Source: Tubiluchus corallicola (lineage: Eukaryota; Animalia; Priapulida). From it: a DNA stretch of 64,000 nucleotides. Shown in pieces: positions 23,700-37,200 of the stretch; position 1 is the stretch's first letter, and each line of letters starts with the position of its first letter. Location: the NCBI GenBank assembly GCA_030141605.1, contig JAQGDQ010000161.1:408041-472040 (forward strand), read 5' to 3'. The notes under the pieces are model-generated. The model worked only from the letters and a program-made list of their open reading frames with translations, was not told where the DNA came from and ran no database searches. A program made the translations under genes and the position numbers.

Positions 23700-24640
23700 A
23701 TATTATTGGAGCGGACATCGATATAACACTATCTGGCCTACGTTTATACGATTCTTATCCAATGTCAGGTCACTACTGTTCTAAATTTTGCAGTATCTGA
23801 CATTTGCACAAAATACAAGGCATGTGAAGACTTGTAGATCATTCCCCTGGATGACTCAACATTGGATAAATGAATGTTTAAAGCATTCCTTGTTGCACCC
23901 CTAGTGCCATAGTTTAGATTTTTAATGCATGTATAAATTTTAAAAAAAATTATTTTTATTTGGCTTTGAGCTGATGTAAGCTGACAAACTAAACTGGTAT
24001 TGGTCATGTTGAAGCTTATATTGATACGAATTATTGCTTTCCTTGGTAAATAATGTATCACATTAATGTCTACATGATGATGTAAGATTTGGTCAATGGT
24101 GTATAAAATGTTGTTCTGTACGTCACTTTTCTAAGCTTAGCCTCTCAAGAGAGTCTAACATAGATGTTATGCTCGCATCTTTATGGTGATATACATTATG
24201 CACAAATCTTGCCGATCTACACTGTACTCATTCAAGTTCAAGAATGTTGTGGCTCATGTATGGATCCAATACTGAAGAAGCGTATTCTAATTTTAGCCTT
24301 AATATTGACTGCATAGTCTTTGATAGCTTTTGGACACTCCTTGAAATTTCTGCTACTTTAGTTGCTACTTTGTGAATTTGTGAACTCCATTTTAAATCTT
24401 ACGAAATTGTGATGCATAAATCTTAAATTGATGAGACCAAATTTAATGGTTTATGTCTAGTATTCAACATATTGGCGATCTGTAACAGTGGAATGAGTAT
24501 GCGAAAAACATATTTAAAACTAAAACATAGTCACACTTGTCAAAGTTAGAATGTATTAGCCAATCCTGCTCCCATTTATGTGATGTATCCAAGTGTTTTT
24601 AAAATCCAGTTATTATCAGATTTGAGACAATGATGCATAA
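23700..24640 (-). mobile_element. Decayed LINE (CR1/L2-group) ORF2 3' fragment
   Basis: The minus strand translates in pieces to RNFKECPKAIKDYA and LRLKLEYASSVLDPY (LEYASSVWDP-type motif), with a degenerate RL.ADD (RLSTDD) near 24590. Many stops and frameshifts. Confidence 0.7.
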
Positions 24641-25173
24641 TATAATCATCAGTAGAAAGCCTTCTGTCAGTAGAAACCCATCATGAGACTTTAACAGCAA
24701 GATTATGCATGTCAAAAATAACCAGTTTCAAATTCCCAATACTGTCTGTTGTGGAACTCAGAAATTAAATCAATAGGCTCAGAACAGGCTCCAGCCAGAA
24801 CAATGCTCTGTGCCTTTTCAATCAAAAATGGTCTTTTCCAAGACTACAACAAACCTTTACAGAATAAGATGTTGATATAATGGCTGATACTTCACAAGGG
24901 CCAGTATTGGGTGCTTTTGTCAGTTTTGATGTTTTTGCTGTACTCTGTGAATTATTTCCAAGAGAATATGTAGACAATTTTATGTTTAAGATGTAATTTA
25001 GTATAGTTGTTAAATTAGCAAAATTAATTATACTCTCTATAGCTTGAAGCTTTTAGAAAAAGTTGCTTGACTGTCATTACTTGCCTTAATCAGCAGATTA
25101 ATGTGCAGAAATTCTTTTATTTTGATAGGTGACAAAGTGTGCAGTGGGAATTCCTATAAATAGACTACTCAGT

Positions 25174-28100
25174 ATGTTGTGTTACAAAAGATTGAAATAT
25201 CTATTAAAATTTGTTACTCGACATAACATTGGGAATGAATCAGGAAAGTCTGTGCAATGGAAGCCAAACTTACATATGATACATTCTTGCTCTAGTTGCC
25301 ATTCGTTGTGTCAGAGCTTATTCCAGAATGTGTTCCATTTCTGCAGTGTTAATTTTGGTTCACGTTTAGCGCACACTTCTTTCTACTTGCCTCCTCCGGT
25401 ACTTGATTATGATTACCTTCTAGCTGACAAAAATGTGTCAAAGATAGAGGAGAATGTGACAAATCGCAAAGGTGTGGGAAATATCCATACTCTGGTGAGC
25501 TATTTTTCCACATCCATTTTCAGCGAGCACTAGTTTTACTGAACAGATTTTACTGCATTCAATAGCACTTGCCATTTTCAGATTGCTAAGCTTCTCCTAG
25601 TAGCTAGTTGTACTTATACTTTATTATATATGTAAGTTATGTGCTTTGCAGTCTACTAAGTTTTCCTTATATTGATTTCTACAGCAAAAATTTATATTAA
25701 TGCACCCTTTCATGAAGTCGTTGCAGTACTTTTCCAATCATAATTTATATCTTATCTGTTAGGCATTTGTATAACTGACCAAAGGCTGCCACTGAATTGG
25801 AATCTGTTTATCTGCTTTAGTTCTGGATAATGGTGCCATTAAAGTCAGCGCTTACAACATTTTTTACTGTATGAAAAGTACCAAAATATATACTTAATGC
25901 TCAAGGCATGGTACTACATACATTGAAATATATGTTAACATAGGTTTTTTTATTATTATTTCAAGCAACATTTACATAAGAAAAAACTGAGTCTTCAAAA
26001 ACAGCTGCAAAATACAGAAGACGACTGTCTAAAGGTGAGCTTATAATATATTTAATTTTGTAAGTTAAAAGAATAATTCCTTTTGACTTTTCAGCGAATG
26101 TTCAGATAAAATTCAAGTATTGCAAGATTTGAACTTGCTGTTATCATGTTTGCTAAATCTGTTGGAAAATTGTAATTTTAAAAATCATCCATGAACAATT
26201 GTTCAGTTTATAGTTCAGAAACAATTCTGTACTATTATGTAAGTATCTCTCCTAACTTGATGCTACATGTTTACCTAATGTTACTTTACTGCGTGACTAT
26301 GTCACTTTAATTCAAGCAAAATTATTATTCAAAAATCCTCAATGATTAACTAAATTCTCATTTAGTTTACAGTTTATTTAAAGTTGTCTTCGGATCAGTT
26401 ATCTTGTACCCGATGACACACGATTTAGTGCACTGTAAAATATGTATATGAGCAGGCAATCACAAATGTGAAAATACAATGTCAAATTAATAGTGAGATA
26501 TGTATAACATAGTATAATATGTATAATAATATTAATAGTATAATATGTTTTACAGGGTAGAGGTGCTGACAGCTAAACTTTATAGGTCTAAAATGAATCT
26601 AACTTGCTGTCCAACTTCTAGTCTTATAAACAAAAATTATTTCAATTTCAGATTTCTAAAACTAAATTAATCATTTTTGAGGGCATTGTCGGAATCAATG
26701 TTTTAGCACAACGTAGCGATCATGAGCATATGAGTATCAGATCATTAATAATTAATATTAATCAGATTAATAATCAGATAAAAGTCAACTGTAAAATCAA
26801 CATGCTGTTGTGGTACCATAAAAATTACTTTATACAAAAAGCAGACTTTTTATTTTCAGAATGAACTGAAAGATGTCTGTGATAAGCTTACAGAGGCTGC
26901 ACTACTTATTCCAAATAAGACCCATCCTGACGTGGTGAGCTAATTTTTTATACTAAGTATTTTATGTTTAACAAGTTGAACAAAGAGTTTTTTAACACCT
27001 TTGCACACATGCATGCATTTGCTAGTGTTATGTTGTGCTGTATTTCATTTTCTTAAGCACTGATGGTATGAATGCACAAAGATATATTCTCATACTTGAC
27101 ACTGTGACCTTCATTCATTTTGGAAATGCACTAAATGTTCATCTGTTGCTTACGAGTTGCATAAGTTAATCAAGTTTACGAGCTTTATGTTAAGTAGATT
27201 TATAGAGGCTTTGGAAATTCAAAGTTCTAGAAGAAGTTTTAAAACATTGAAGTTGAATATCTTTCAGACACAAGCACTAAACCAATAGTGTGCAAAATTT
27301 TTGTCAAGGTTGCTGTTACAATAAAATTATTTTAAACAATTGTGGGTAAAAAGATTCAATCATATTTAGGTCTGTGAACCTGATGCTCTTCCTGTGATAA
27401 CTGAGACTATCGGAGAGAAGCCAGGTAAGATATTGTGTCACACAACAGTTTATTTCATATTTTCAGAGTAAAAGTCTCAGAAATTATTTTAAACATTATG
27501 TAATAAGAGATGTAATTGTTTGATGTTGTTCCTTATGGGTGCTGATGGTTTTGGGTATCAATATAATTTTCACAAAAATTTAATGTTACTTATGAAAACC
27601 AATGAGCATTTCTGTCAGTTACACTAAACTTGGTAATTGTGATGTTTAATTTTATGTGGAAATGATCACTAGATATTCTTTCAAATAAAAGATAGATAAG
27701 CCAGTTTTCATAAAAATTGTTTAGCTTCTAATGCTATACTTAGGTGGATTATCCATTTGTTTGGAATATTAAATTTATTTCTTGATTTATTTTAAGAGTT
27801 CTCTTTCAAACCGAAAGAATTTCATGAGATTGCAGAAAAGCTTGGTCTACTCAGAACTGAGTAAGTACAAGTATTTCTTATGCAATTGATTGTCATCACT
27901 GTACCAGCTTTTGTTCTTCTTTAGAACGCTCTTAATTTTCAAATCAACCTTTTCACATGTTGGATTACTGCAGCAACAATATTGCCTTGATGCAGAGTAG
28001 AATCAGAAATACACCAAGATCTTTTCTTGTAATGTCTGATAGAAGTATAAACTAAATAAGCTAAAGCTTAGGGCCTCACAATCTGCATGGGGCCTAAAGG

Positions 28101-31100
28101 AGATTCCAAATTGGGTTTTATACTCATTTTTATAATTAAGAAATGTATTAGTCATAAAATAATAAAATAATTTATATTGTTCACTTTGCTATTAAATTAT
28201 TAAAAGGCATATATATGTTTTTAAGTTTTCTTTGACCAGACGAAGTAATTTTAATAAAGAGGATTTTTAGAGTAATTTTGCACTCTGTTGCAGAAATGTC
28301 GGTAACTTGACCGGAACACGCACTTATTATCTCAAGAATGAACTTGCTGAAATGGAACATGCTTTAACTAGATTCACTGTTGACAGATTAAAATTGAAGG
28401 TCTTACAATAGTTTATAATTTTTCTCACTTATTGTACTTTTCTTTTGTGAGAATTTAATAGTAAAAGACATTTTTACTAGCTGACATATTGTGGTCAATG
28501 TTTTGTCGGATCTGATAATGCCATTCACTTTATTTACATAACTTCTTGATTAATTACTCTTCTGTCTATAATTTACTCTATTGTATCAATGCAAATCAGC
28601 GTTTCAGAGCTTTAGAGAATGTAATCTGCTTTAATAGCATTATCAGTTAATGAACTGTCGTTTGGTAAACTTGTTTATTAATGTAGCGTTACACCTTCTT
28701 ATATGTAGCAGTTAGTATTAATTTTTTTTTACTATATTATAGTAATTATGTAGCTAAAGTAATTAGTGATTCTCTAGGCATTTGCTTATTGTCTTTTTTA
28801 ACTTGACTACTATATTAACTGTACAAATACCTTTAATTTTTTTATTCTTTTGAAAGCATTCTTGTTTTATTAAAAAAAATTATTCCTTTGGCTATAAACT
28901 TTTGATATTCCCTAACTAAACTGGTAAACGTTTTAAATTACCAAAAAAATGTTCAGATGTTATTCTGCTTTTGACAGATTGTTTTATTCTTATAGGGATA
29001 TGCTTTAGTATCAGTTCCAGACTTACTACATCCAAAGATAATAGTAAGTATTTGAAGATGTGTAATGGAAATCTGATGAAGTGTGAACATTCAAGTTTGA
29101 CACCGTATAATGTACATAAAAATTTGATTACATTTTGCCTGTTGTAGGTTATTTACCAAATTTTTCTTTTCCAAATACAAAAGAAAATCTGATTTTTTAA
29201 TATGTATATATATTTATAGATATATTAAGCTTTTTTAAGTGTTTTACTTTGCTCAAGAAATAACTGTCATGTTTTCTTTTTGATGTTGACAACTCATAAA
29301 TTTTTTTTTTGCTCATGAATAGTCGGGCAACTTGCATCTTTATGTGTTTTTCCATACTTTGTTGTTTGGTCCTAACTGTGACTGTCAGACTTGTTTCTGA
29401 AATTACTATATTTTGTATGGTAAATGTATTCAATGCATCTGTGAAAGACTGTATTATTATACATATACGAGCTTTCCGTAGGTGAGTGTCTTGATAGTTT
29501 AAGCTAAGATGCAAAGCCGAAACTTATCTTGAGATTTTGATTTACAAAGTCATTAATAATAAAAATGACCATCTAGACAAATAACTGGAAACAATTTCGG
29601 CTTCTCGTTATCGCATCTTTAATCCCATTATCACTTGCTGACGTGTCAAAAAAAGATCTGCTTTTGTAAACTGGCTTTTATGTTTTGGGCGTGTGCATCC
29701 ATATTAACTGGACGCCCATTAATTGTTGCTTTAAAATGCTTAAAGGATCAAAAAGGAAATTTAGATTATATCCCAAGGAAATTTCCATACGAAGTTGTGT
29801 TGCCTAGCATTACTTAGCATTAAAAGACTTATGTAATTAAAAAAGAAAATTCTTAACAATTGAAAATGATTGTGTCACCTGGTAAAACATCACTGTACAG
29901 CCATCCCAGTATGTGCCAGAGATTCACCAAAAAATGCATTGTTGATCTTAATGACAAAGTAAAGAAATTTAAACTTTTTATTAGCTAGAGAAGAGTGTGC
30001 TACAAATGCTTATTTTTTTAAACTTTATACAATGTTATCTAAACTTCTTTTTCAAACGACTAAAAATGCCCATACCTAACGGTCATCGTGGGAGTTTACA
30101 GGGTTACTGCTAATGTAAGCTCTACGTATAATAAGACGGCATGCAAGTGATATAAAATTTCAAGATCAATTTTTTAAGCTGTGTTTATGAAGAATGTTTT
30201 CACGTGCTTTAAAGAATAAATTTGTTAATGTTTGATGTCTGCAGGGATTATTGATGTACTAAATTAAAGTAAATTTACAGGAAGCCTGTGGTATGCCAAC
30301 AACTGGTGAAAAAACGTTGGTTTATAGGCTTGACAAAAACCTTCACGGAATTGATGTCTGTCTTTCTGGTACTGCTGAAATGGCACTTGCAGGTAAACTC
30401 AGTGCTTTTTACACAAGGAAGGTGGCATATAAATTCTAAAGGCATTTCATTCGAGTGACTTGCCAGTGGTTTTGATAATGTCTTAAAACCTATGAAGATT
30501 TTTCTCCTTGCAACTCATAATTATATAGTTTTCCCAGGGCATTTTTAAAGAAATAGAATTTTTCGTTTTAGAATTCTGCCTGCCCAATGTCTACGATTGA
30601 CGTAATTGGCGTAAAATGATGATGTCTCTGAGCATGCACGTAAAAAGCTAAAACTGCCAAGAAAGAAATTTAGACTATTTATGAATGCAGAAAATACTGG
30701 TTATTATCGCTTATTATTGGCGCATGTGTTGTATATTAACCGGTGAAAATATATTGGTATAAAAGCAAAATTTCTTGTACTCAAGTTGTAACATGAATTG
30801 CTTATCAAATAGGAACTAATGTATGCAGAAATGCATAAGCAACACGACCAAAAATGAATACCACAGTTTTGTACTATTAAGATAACCTATCCCAAAAATG
30901 AAGTTAGTATGTAGTTTAAATCATTAAATTTAACTCATGGGTGCAATAAAATTTCTAGAATTTGTCTGCTATATTTGAATTACATATCTTTGCTCATCAG
31001 GCTGTAAACTTACTGCTGGATCTTAAGTTAGTTGTTTGGCACTCTTACAATAATTTCTTGTACATTTGTATAGAGCTATATTTTGTAACTCCAAGATTTG

Positions 31101-34100
31101 TAGAAAACATGATTGCCTTTTAACTGCTAGTTTGAATTGTGGTGAATGCATTTTCCACATTTTTGTTTTTTGTCGAAAAAATTTCAGCAAATTGTCACTA
31201 TGTTTTTAAAAGGTTGATTTTTTAGGTTTCTTCATGAACAAAAGCCTGCATATTGATGAACTGCCTAAAAAGTAAGTGCATTTTGCAAAATTCTATGTAT
31301 GCATAATAAAAAAAAATAAATATGAAAAGAGGTTCACTTATATTCTTAAAAGATTGTTGTAGTCAGGATAATAATGTATGTGATTAGTGATTTATCAAAA
31401 ATTCCATATTATATGTTTATTTTCTGAAGTGACTAGCATCGTCTAGCACTAATAATTTTATTCATCCACTAGCTTTTAAGTAGTCCTAAAAATTTCAAGC
31501 ATCTTGTCTGGTTAGCGCATTATTTAGCACATTGTTCTCTTTAACCAATTGTTTGTGTCTAGTGTCATTGTTCTCTTTTTATCTCATTGTTTGTGTCTAG
31601 TCTCATGGCAGTCAGCAGATGTTACCGAGCTGAAATCTCGACTGCAGTGGAGGAGAAGGGATTATACAGAGTGCATCAATTTACAAAGGTAATTTATACT
31701 GCTCATTAACTATCAACACAACTGTACACCGTGGAACAAACCCAGAATTAATTAAATTTTGATATTAAACATCAAAGACAGGAAATCTAAAAAAATTGGG
31801 ATACACTCTGGATTTGAATCAGGAACTTTTTTCTTACCAAGCAGATGCTTTAAACCACTCGACCACCGTACAACCATTGAGCAAGGCAATCTAATGTTCA
31901 TCCCTGTAGCTGGCCAACCAAACTCAGCCTTTCTAATGTTAGGACGCTCACTAGAGTGAATCTAACTGTAGGTATGAACTTTCTACTGCATTGACAACTG
32001 GGAGATAGTGACCAAGTGGTCTAAGGAATCTGTGACGTGAGCAGTGTTTCATCATTAATAATAATCACGACATTAAGATTATCAAAACTAACGACCCGTA
32101 GAAATTTCAGTCTTAAAATTAACCACAATGAATTTAATTAATTAGTTAAGCTCTTTCTATAGTGAGTGATCTAACATTGGAAATGCTGAATTCAGTTGGT
32201 CATCTATAGGGATGAACTTGTAAGGCCTTGACCACTGTGAGATACAGTGGCTGAGTAGTCTACGGTGTCTGCCTTGTAAGCAAAAGTGCCCTGGTTCAAA
32301 TCCGGGCTCTATCCTAACTTTTCGCATTTCCTGTCTTTCAAGTTTAGTATCAAAATTTAATGAATTGTGGATTTGTACCATCATTAATAATAATCTTGAC
32401 ATTAATGTTACTATAAGTAATTATACTTGTTCTTTAATGCGTGGGCGTGTTGCTTGCCCACACATTTAATTGACATGCGTACGCAAGAGATTGATAAAGT
32501 TACTCAAATAGTGAAGCAAATAATGGGTGCCATGTTGTTGGACAAAACGGTATTATTTACTATTAGGCAAACAACAGATGCCATTTTGTTAGGCAAAAAC
32601 AGCATTCTGTTTAAGGCAACAGCGGCATTCTGAAGACAAAGTATTGATGCTATGCAGGCTGGCAATCTTTTTCTCTTGTACAAGCAGCATTTAAATCTGT
32701 GCACATGCCATAAAATATTGCGTAGGCTAATTAAAATGTACGTGTAATTTCAATGCACTGTTCTTTGCACGATTTAGCAGCAGTGTTCTACTTTTTGTCA
32801 TTCGGGGAGTTCTGTATTTAAGTAAGTCTTTTAATTGTAAGAATGGTAATTACATTCTAGTAACCGGTTATGCCTGTTTATTATTAACAAGCCGATGCTG
32901 GTACCGAAGCCCATTAGCGAATTTTTTGATATTTTTGATATAGAGTTTTAACTTTCCTAACAATGACTTACCTTCTGCATTGAAGTAGCATTTTTAGCAA
33001 CTCTGAAAGACTGCAATGTGTAGTCATTGTTTAATATAGGTAGAAATGTTTTCAGTCACTGCTGATGAAACAGGTGAAGAGAGTAATCGAAAGCTAGATG
33101 AAATTGTTGCAACACAAAAAGAGCTTTTCCAAGATCTGGGATTAAACTTTGTGTGAGTTTTTATACGTCATATGAGGCATTTATAATGTATGGAAAACTG
33201 TGAACAACATTAAATTTTTTTGTACAAATCTCTTAATTATTAAATTAAATTAAATTGCTAACGATTAAATTAAGGCCTTCACAAATGTACTAGAGGAATT
33301 TTTCTACTAAATTAAGTATCGATTAAATGAAATATTCCTGCAGTACTTTTAAGTTTTGCCACCACAATTCATTCAAGATAAACAAACCATCAAACTCCTT
33401 TGTAGTTAATTTAATTGTAGAATCAAATGGAACAGCAGTTATTTGATATGTTCCTTTTTCAAATTTAAATTTTATTTGCTGCAGTAACTGCAGTTTTTAT
33501 ATTTACATGTACTTGAATATTGATTTAGTTTCTATGAATTTATGTTTAAAATTCTCATTGAATTTTGTCATTTCTCAAATAATAAAGAAATTTCTGTTTC
33601 TTTGTTTGCAAAATTATCATTCTTCTTCACCTAAAATTCATTGTGCAAGATGCATCTTCTGCCTCCAACACTCTTAATTTAAATCAGTATTAATTAGTTT
33701 CATTCATTCTGTTTCTACTCATTGATTTGTACCTCCCAGGCTGTTGGACATGCCTTCTCATGAACTCGGAGCGGCGGCCTACAGAAAATATGATATAGAA
33801 GCCTGGATGCCAGGACGGAACATGTATGGAGAGGTCGGTGTGCTAAAATTAATTTCAGCTGTAATAATTATGACACAGAACTAAACATGAAATGGTAATT
33901 TAGGTGATAATAGAGATATTTTTTTTCAAACTAACAGAAGAAGCGGATTCAAATTTATAAAAAAACACTAAGTACTAAAAAAACTCCCATCTCAGCCCCT
34001 CCGTTTTATTTTATTTTGTTCAGGAACTCCCGCTCCGTTAGGTAGCTAAGTCACATATATTTTTTATACAATTGTTATAAAAAATTAAAAATTATAATTA

Positions 34101-35969
34101 TAATATATGATTTACTAATAATTTACTATATATTTACTTGAACATTTTATTTTCTTACTTATTATTTATCCTAAAAATCCATTAGCATTCGTGTAATGGA
34201 CATACTGTATGAAAAGTTCAGTTTTTCCTAGCAAACAAAGGCAATTTGGTGTCAACCTATCAGGATCGTCCCAGGAATTAGAACCCAACCAAATGGCAAC
34301 TCTAACTTTACTGTAGTTTGGACCTCTCCGTTTGTACTTGTTTGGACATTACCAGACATTTGAATAGGGCTATCTTTGCAATTTACCTGTCACCTTTTCC
34401 ACAAGCTTAAGATATCAGAGAATGAGCTTGATTCACCATCTAAACTGGAGACTTAAAACTTTCTGTAATCTGTTTACTGAAGCACTTTAGCCACGTATGA
34501 TTTTAGGCAAATGAGAGAGACAGAAAAGGGTATATTTATTCAACCAGTTACAGGGATGTGATCATCTGTCTGTATTCTTTGTCAGTCTATTTCCTGTGTT
34601 AAACTTTCACTGAACATATTGATTTTATGCAAAGTGCTAAGTTCTTTATTTTCTTCTGTTACTGAAATGTTTAATTTATAATCATACTAAACCTTCACTA
34701 TAATATAAGCTTTTGCAAGCTAAAATCCTACTTTCATTACGAATATTCAGTTTATTTTATTATAAACTTACTGTAGAACTTGTTTCTTTTGATTCTTTAT
34801 CACTTCATTGGTATTGGTATTAAATTTGTGCGAGATGATTGAGTCCCGAGGTCACCAAAGATCACCAAACAAACATTGTAACCAGGGATGCTTTCTGTAC
34901 CTCATACGTCGTTCTCGCTCACGTGCGCAAAAGATACGAAACCTGGCAATCTTAACGGCAACGCACTTGTTCGAAATTCGCCAGAAAAAAGGCAAGTTAT
35001 TTAATTTATAAGTTGCTTTTCTTTGATAATAACTACTAATTTTTGTGTAATCATAGTAGTGTGTTAATAAAACTTCAATGTCTGTTAGGGGTTATTTTTA
35101 TATGAGCCTTTAACGGTTTAACGAATCTGTAATATGTAATTCAGCTAGGTGACCTTACTTGTTATTCTTGTCAGATTTCCAGTGCCTCGAATTGTACGGA
35201 TTATCAAAGCAGACGACTACACATTACCTACAGGAACCGTGATGGAGTAGAAAAGTTTGCACATACGGTAATGTCATGCTCTGGTACACATTAAACTTAT
35301 GTGGAAACAAAATTGTTGAAAATTTTCAAGTTTGTTAATGTGATTGAAAAATACATTTCAGTTGCTGATAAAACAAACTTGTGAAAGAGAGCAAGTGATA
35401 CAAGCAACATTGTGAGACATTGATGCTTGGTTTAACCCTTTTAAAACTACATACTTATTGTACAATATATCTCAATTTTAGGTTTTTGCAAGCGCACAGA
35501 TTATATCTTTTCAAACAGCTTCTTTTATTCATTTAAATTAGCTAATTTTAATTAAATGACCATTCGCCATTAATAGTTATTGGATGATGCAACCAAGTTC
35601 AATTCTTACTTCTTACTGTTATTGTGACAGTTAATGTGCAGTGACCAATGTCAGTGATATTAAAAGAATACCAAAGGTTGCTAAACTTTACAGGTTAATG
35701 GAACCGGTTGTGCTGTACCAAGAATGCTCATCTCAATTCTAGAAACTTGCCAGTTACAGGTACTGTTTGTTTTCAGCTGCTAATAAAACATTTTTACCAG
35801 TTCATGTTCCCATAAAAGCCAAAACACTCGCCATTGTTTCTTATTGTTTCAGAACGGAGACGTCATGGTGCCCAAAGTGTTACAGCCGTATATGAGAGGA
35901 CGGACAGTAATAAATCAACCAGCCAAAAAAGAACATATGCGATGGATAAAGTTTAAGTCTCAGTCATGA
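25174..35969 (+). CDS. SARS2: Mitochondrial seryl-tRNA synthetase, 15 coding exons, about 488 aa (about 520 aa if upstream exon 23520-23570 is used)
   Basis: Exons 25174-25494, 25966-26034, 26860-26934, 27370-27424, 27797-27860, 28294-28399, 28996-29043, 30281-30392, 31226-31271, 31601-31688, 33040-33152, 33740-33833, 35175-35267, 35694-35759, 35853-35969 join in frame. Motifs [88 protein letters not shown], and a basic presequence-like N-terminus. Confidence 0.93.
31730..32410. mobile_element. Inverted pair of tRNA-Thr-like repeat cassettes with a truncated central copy, in a SARS2 intron
   Basis: 31730-31960 (minus) mirrors 32155-32400 (plus). Each has A box TGG..GAGT.G and B box G.TTCAAATCC, followed by a shared TTCCTGTCTT..TATCAAAATTTAAT tail. 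Confidence 0.75.
32241..32314 (+). pseudogene. tRNA-Thr(UGU)-like degenerate cloverleaf (repeat head)
   Basis: Acceptor stem GATACAG/CTCTATC (1 mismatch), anticodon arm TCTGC-CTTGTAA-GCAAA, T arm CCTGG-TTCAAAT-CCGGG. It sits inside a repeat family. Confidence 0.65.
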
Positions 35970-36918
35970 CAACAGATGTTTTAGTGTTAATATAGGCATG
36001 CTGGTATAAATTTCTGCCAACAATTTAGTGAACATCTTGTTCTTGCTCTTCTTGTTTCACAAAATTATTTTCAGATCTATCTTCAATATATTTTTTACTT
36101 CTTAGAGTAGCATTATGAATGTATTACATTGGTTAATTATCATGTGATACAAATCTGAGCTAGGTTTTTGAGTACACTCGCCTTTTCGTAAACTGAGACA
36201 TATTTCTTAATGTTTTTCATTTCATCAATAAGTTAATATAAATTTAATTATTTTTTCCCTTGTGAAAATTTTAGTCTTGAGTTATATTTTGCATTTGTCG
36301 ATCCCACTTTTTGAAGTAATTAGCTAGATGCTGGTCCCACCACAGCACTGGCAGTCCCTGCCATAAAATACTGGATTCTGCCTTGCAGCATACTGAATAT
36401 CATATACAAAAAATGTATGTAGATATAGGAAAAAAAAACCAACGTTAACCCATTAGCGTCTACTTATGTAGAGAACACATACCAATGAAAAACAAGAAAA
36501 ATTTTTAAATGCCACAGCCTCTAAATAGGCAGTATATATACAGTCAGTAAGATTTTGTGACTATTTATTTATAAATACATTACAAAAAGTCAATATTATC
36601 TATAGGCTAGTGATACCAAACAAAAAATCAGACAAAATTAACATAACTCTCATCATTATTTTAAGGCAAACCATGAATTTAACAACAGCAACTCAACAGA
36701 CTTGTGCTCATTTTGAAACGATACGAAGCGGGACAATTTTTTTTAATACCAAACTCTAAGAAAATTAAATTGCAAAGCATCAATGTCAAAACGGTACTGA
36801 CACTGAAAAGTATTATTGTGCATAGTTGATTTGTGTTACCTGAATAAACTCACCATAGCATCAGCTTCATTCAATTTGTACTTGGGAAGTGACACCAATA
36901 ACAACCTCACGCTTGTCC

Positions 36919-37200
36919 GTCAACATAGTCGAATCTTTCTGTACCGCTGAGTCTGGCCATAACCACATTCAATGTCAACATAGTCAAATCTTTCTGTACC
37001 GCTGAGTCTGGCCATAACCACATTAAATGTCAACATAGTCAAATCTTTCTGTACCACTCTAGGTCTGGCCATAACCACATTCAATGTCAACATAGGCAAA
37101 TCTTTCTGTACCGCTGGGTCTGGTCATAACCACATTCAATGTCAACAGTCAAATCTTTCTGTACCACTCTAGGTCTGGCCATAACCACAATCAATGTTAT
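36919..37200. repeat. ~55 bp minisatellite, 5 copies
   Basis: Unit GTCAACATAGTCAAATCTTTCTGTACCGCTGAGTCTGGCCATAACCACATTCAAT starting at 36919, 36974, 37029, 37086 and 37141. Confidence 0.95.

Noticed and set aside
32241-32314. Functional tRNA-Thr gene
   Set aside because: Stem mismatches, the D-loop GG is lost, and it belongs to a diverged repeat family with variable anticodon loops.
36919-37200. CRISPR-like appearance of regular repeats (also 8600-9240 and 58373-58558)
   Set aside because: Units are contiguous or have homologous spacers, there are no cas genes, and the context is eukaryotic.
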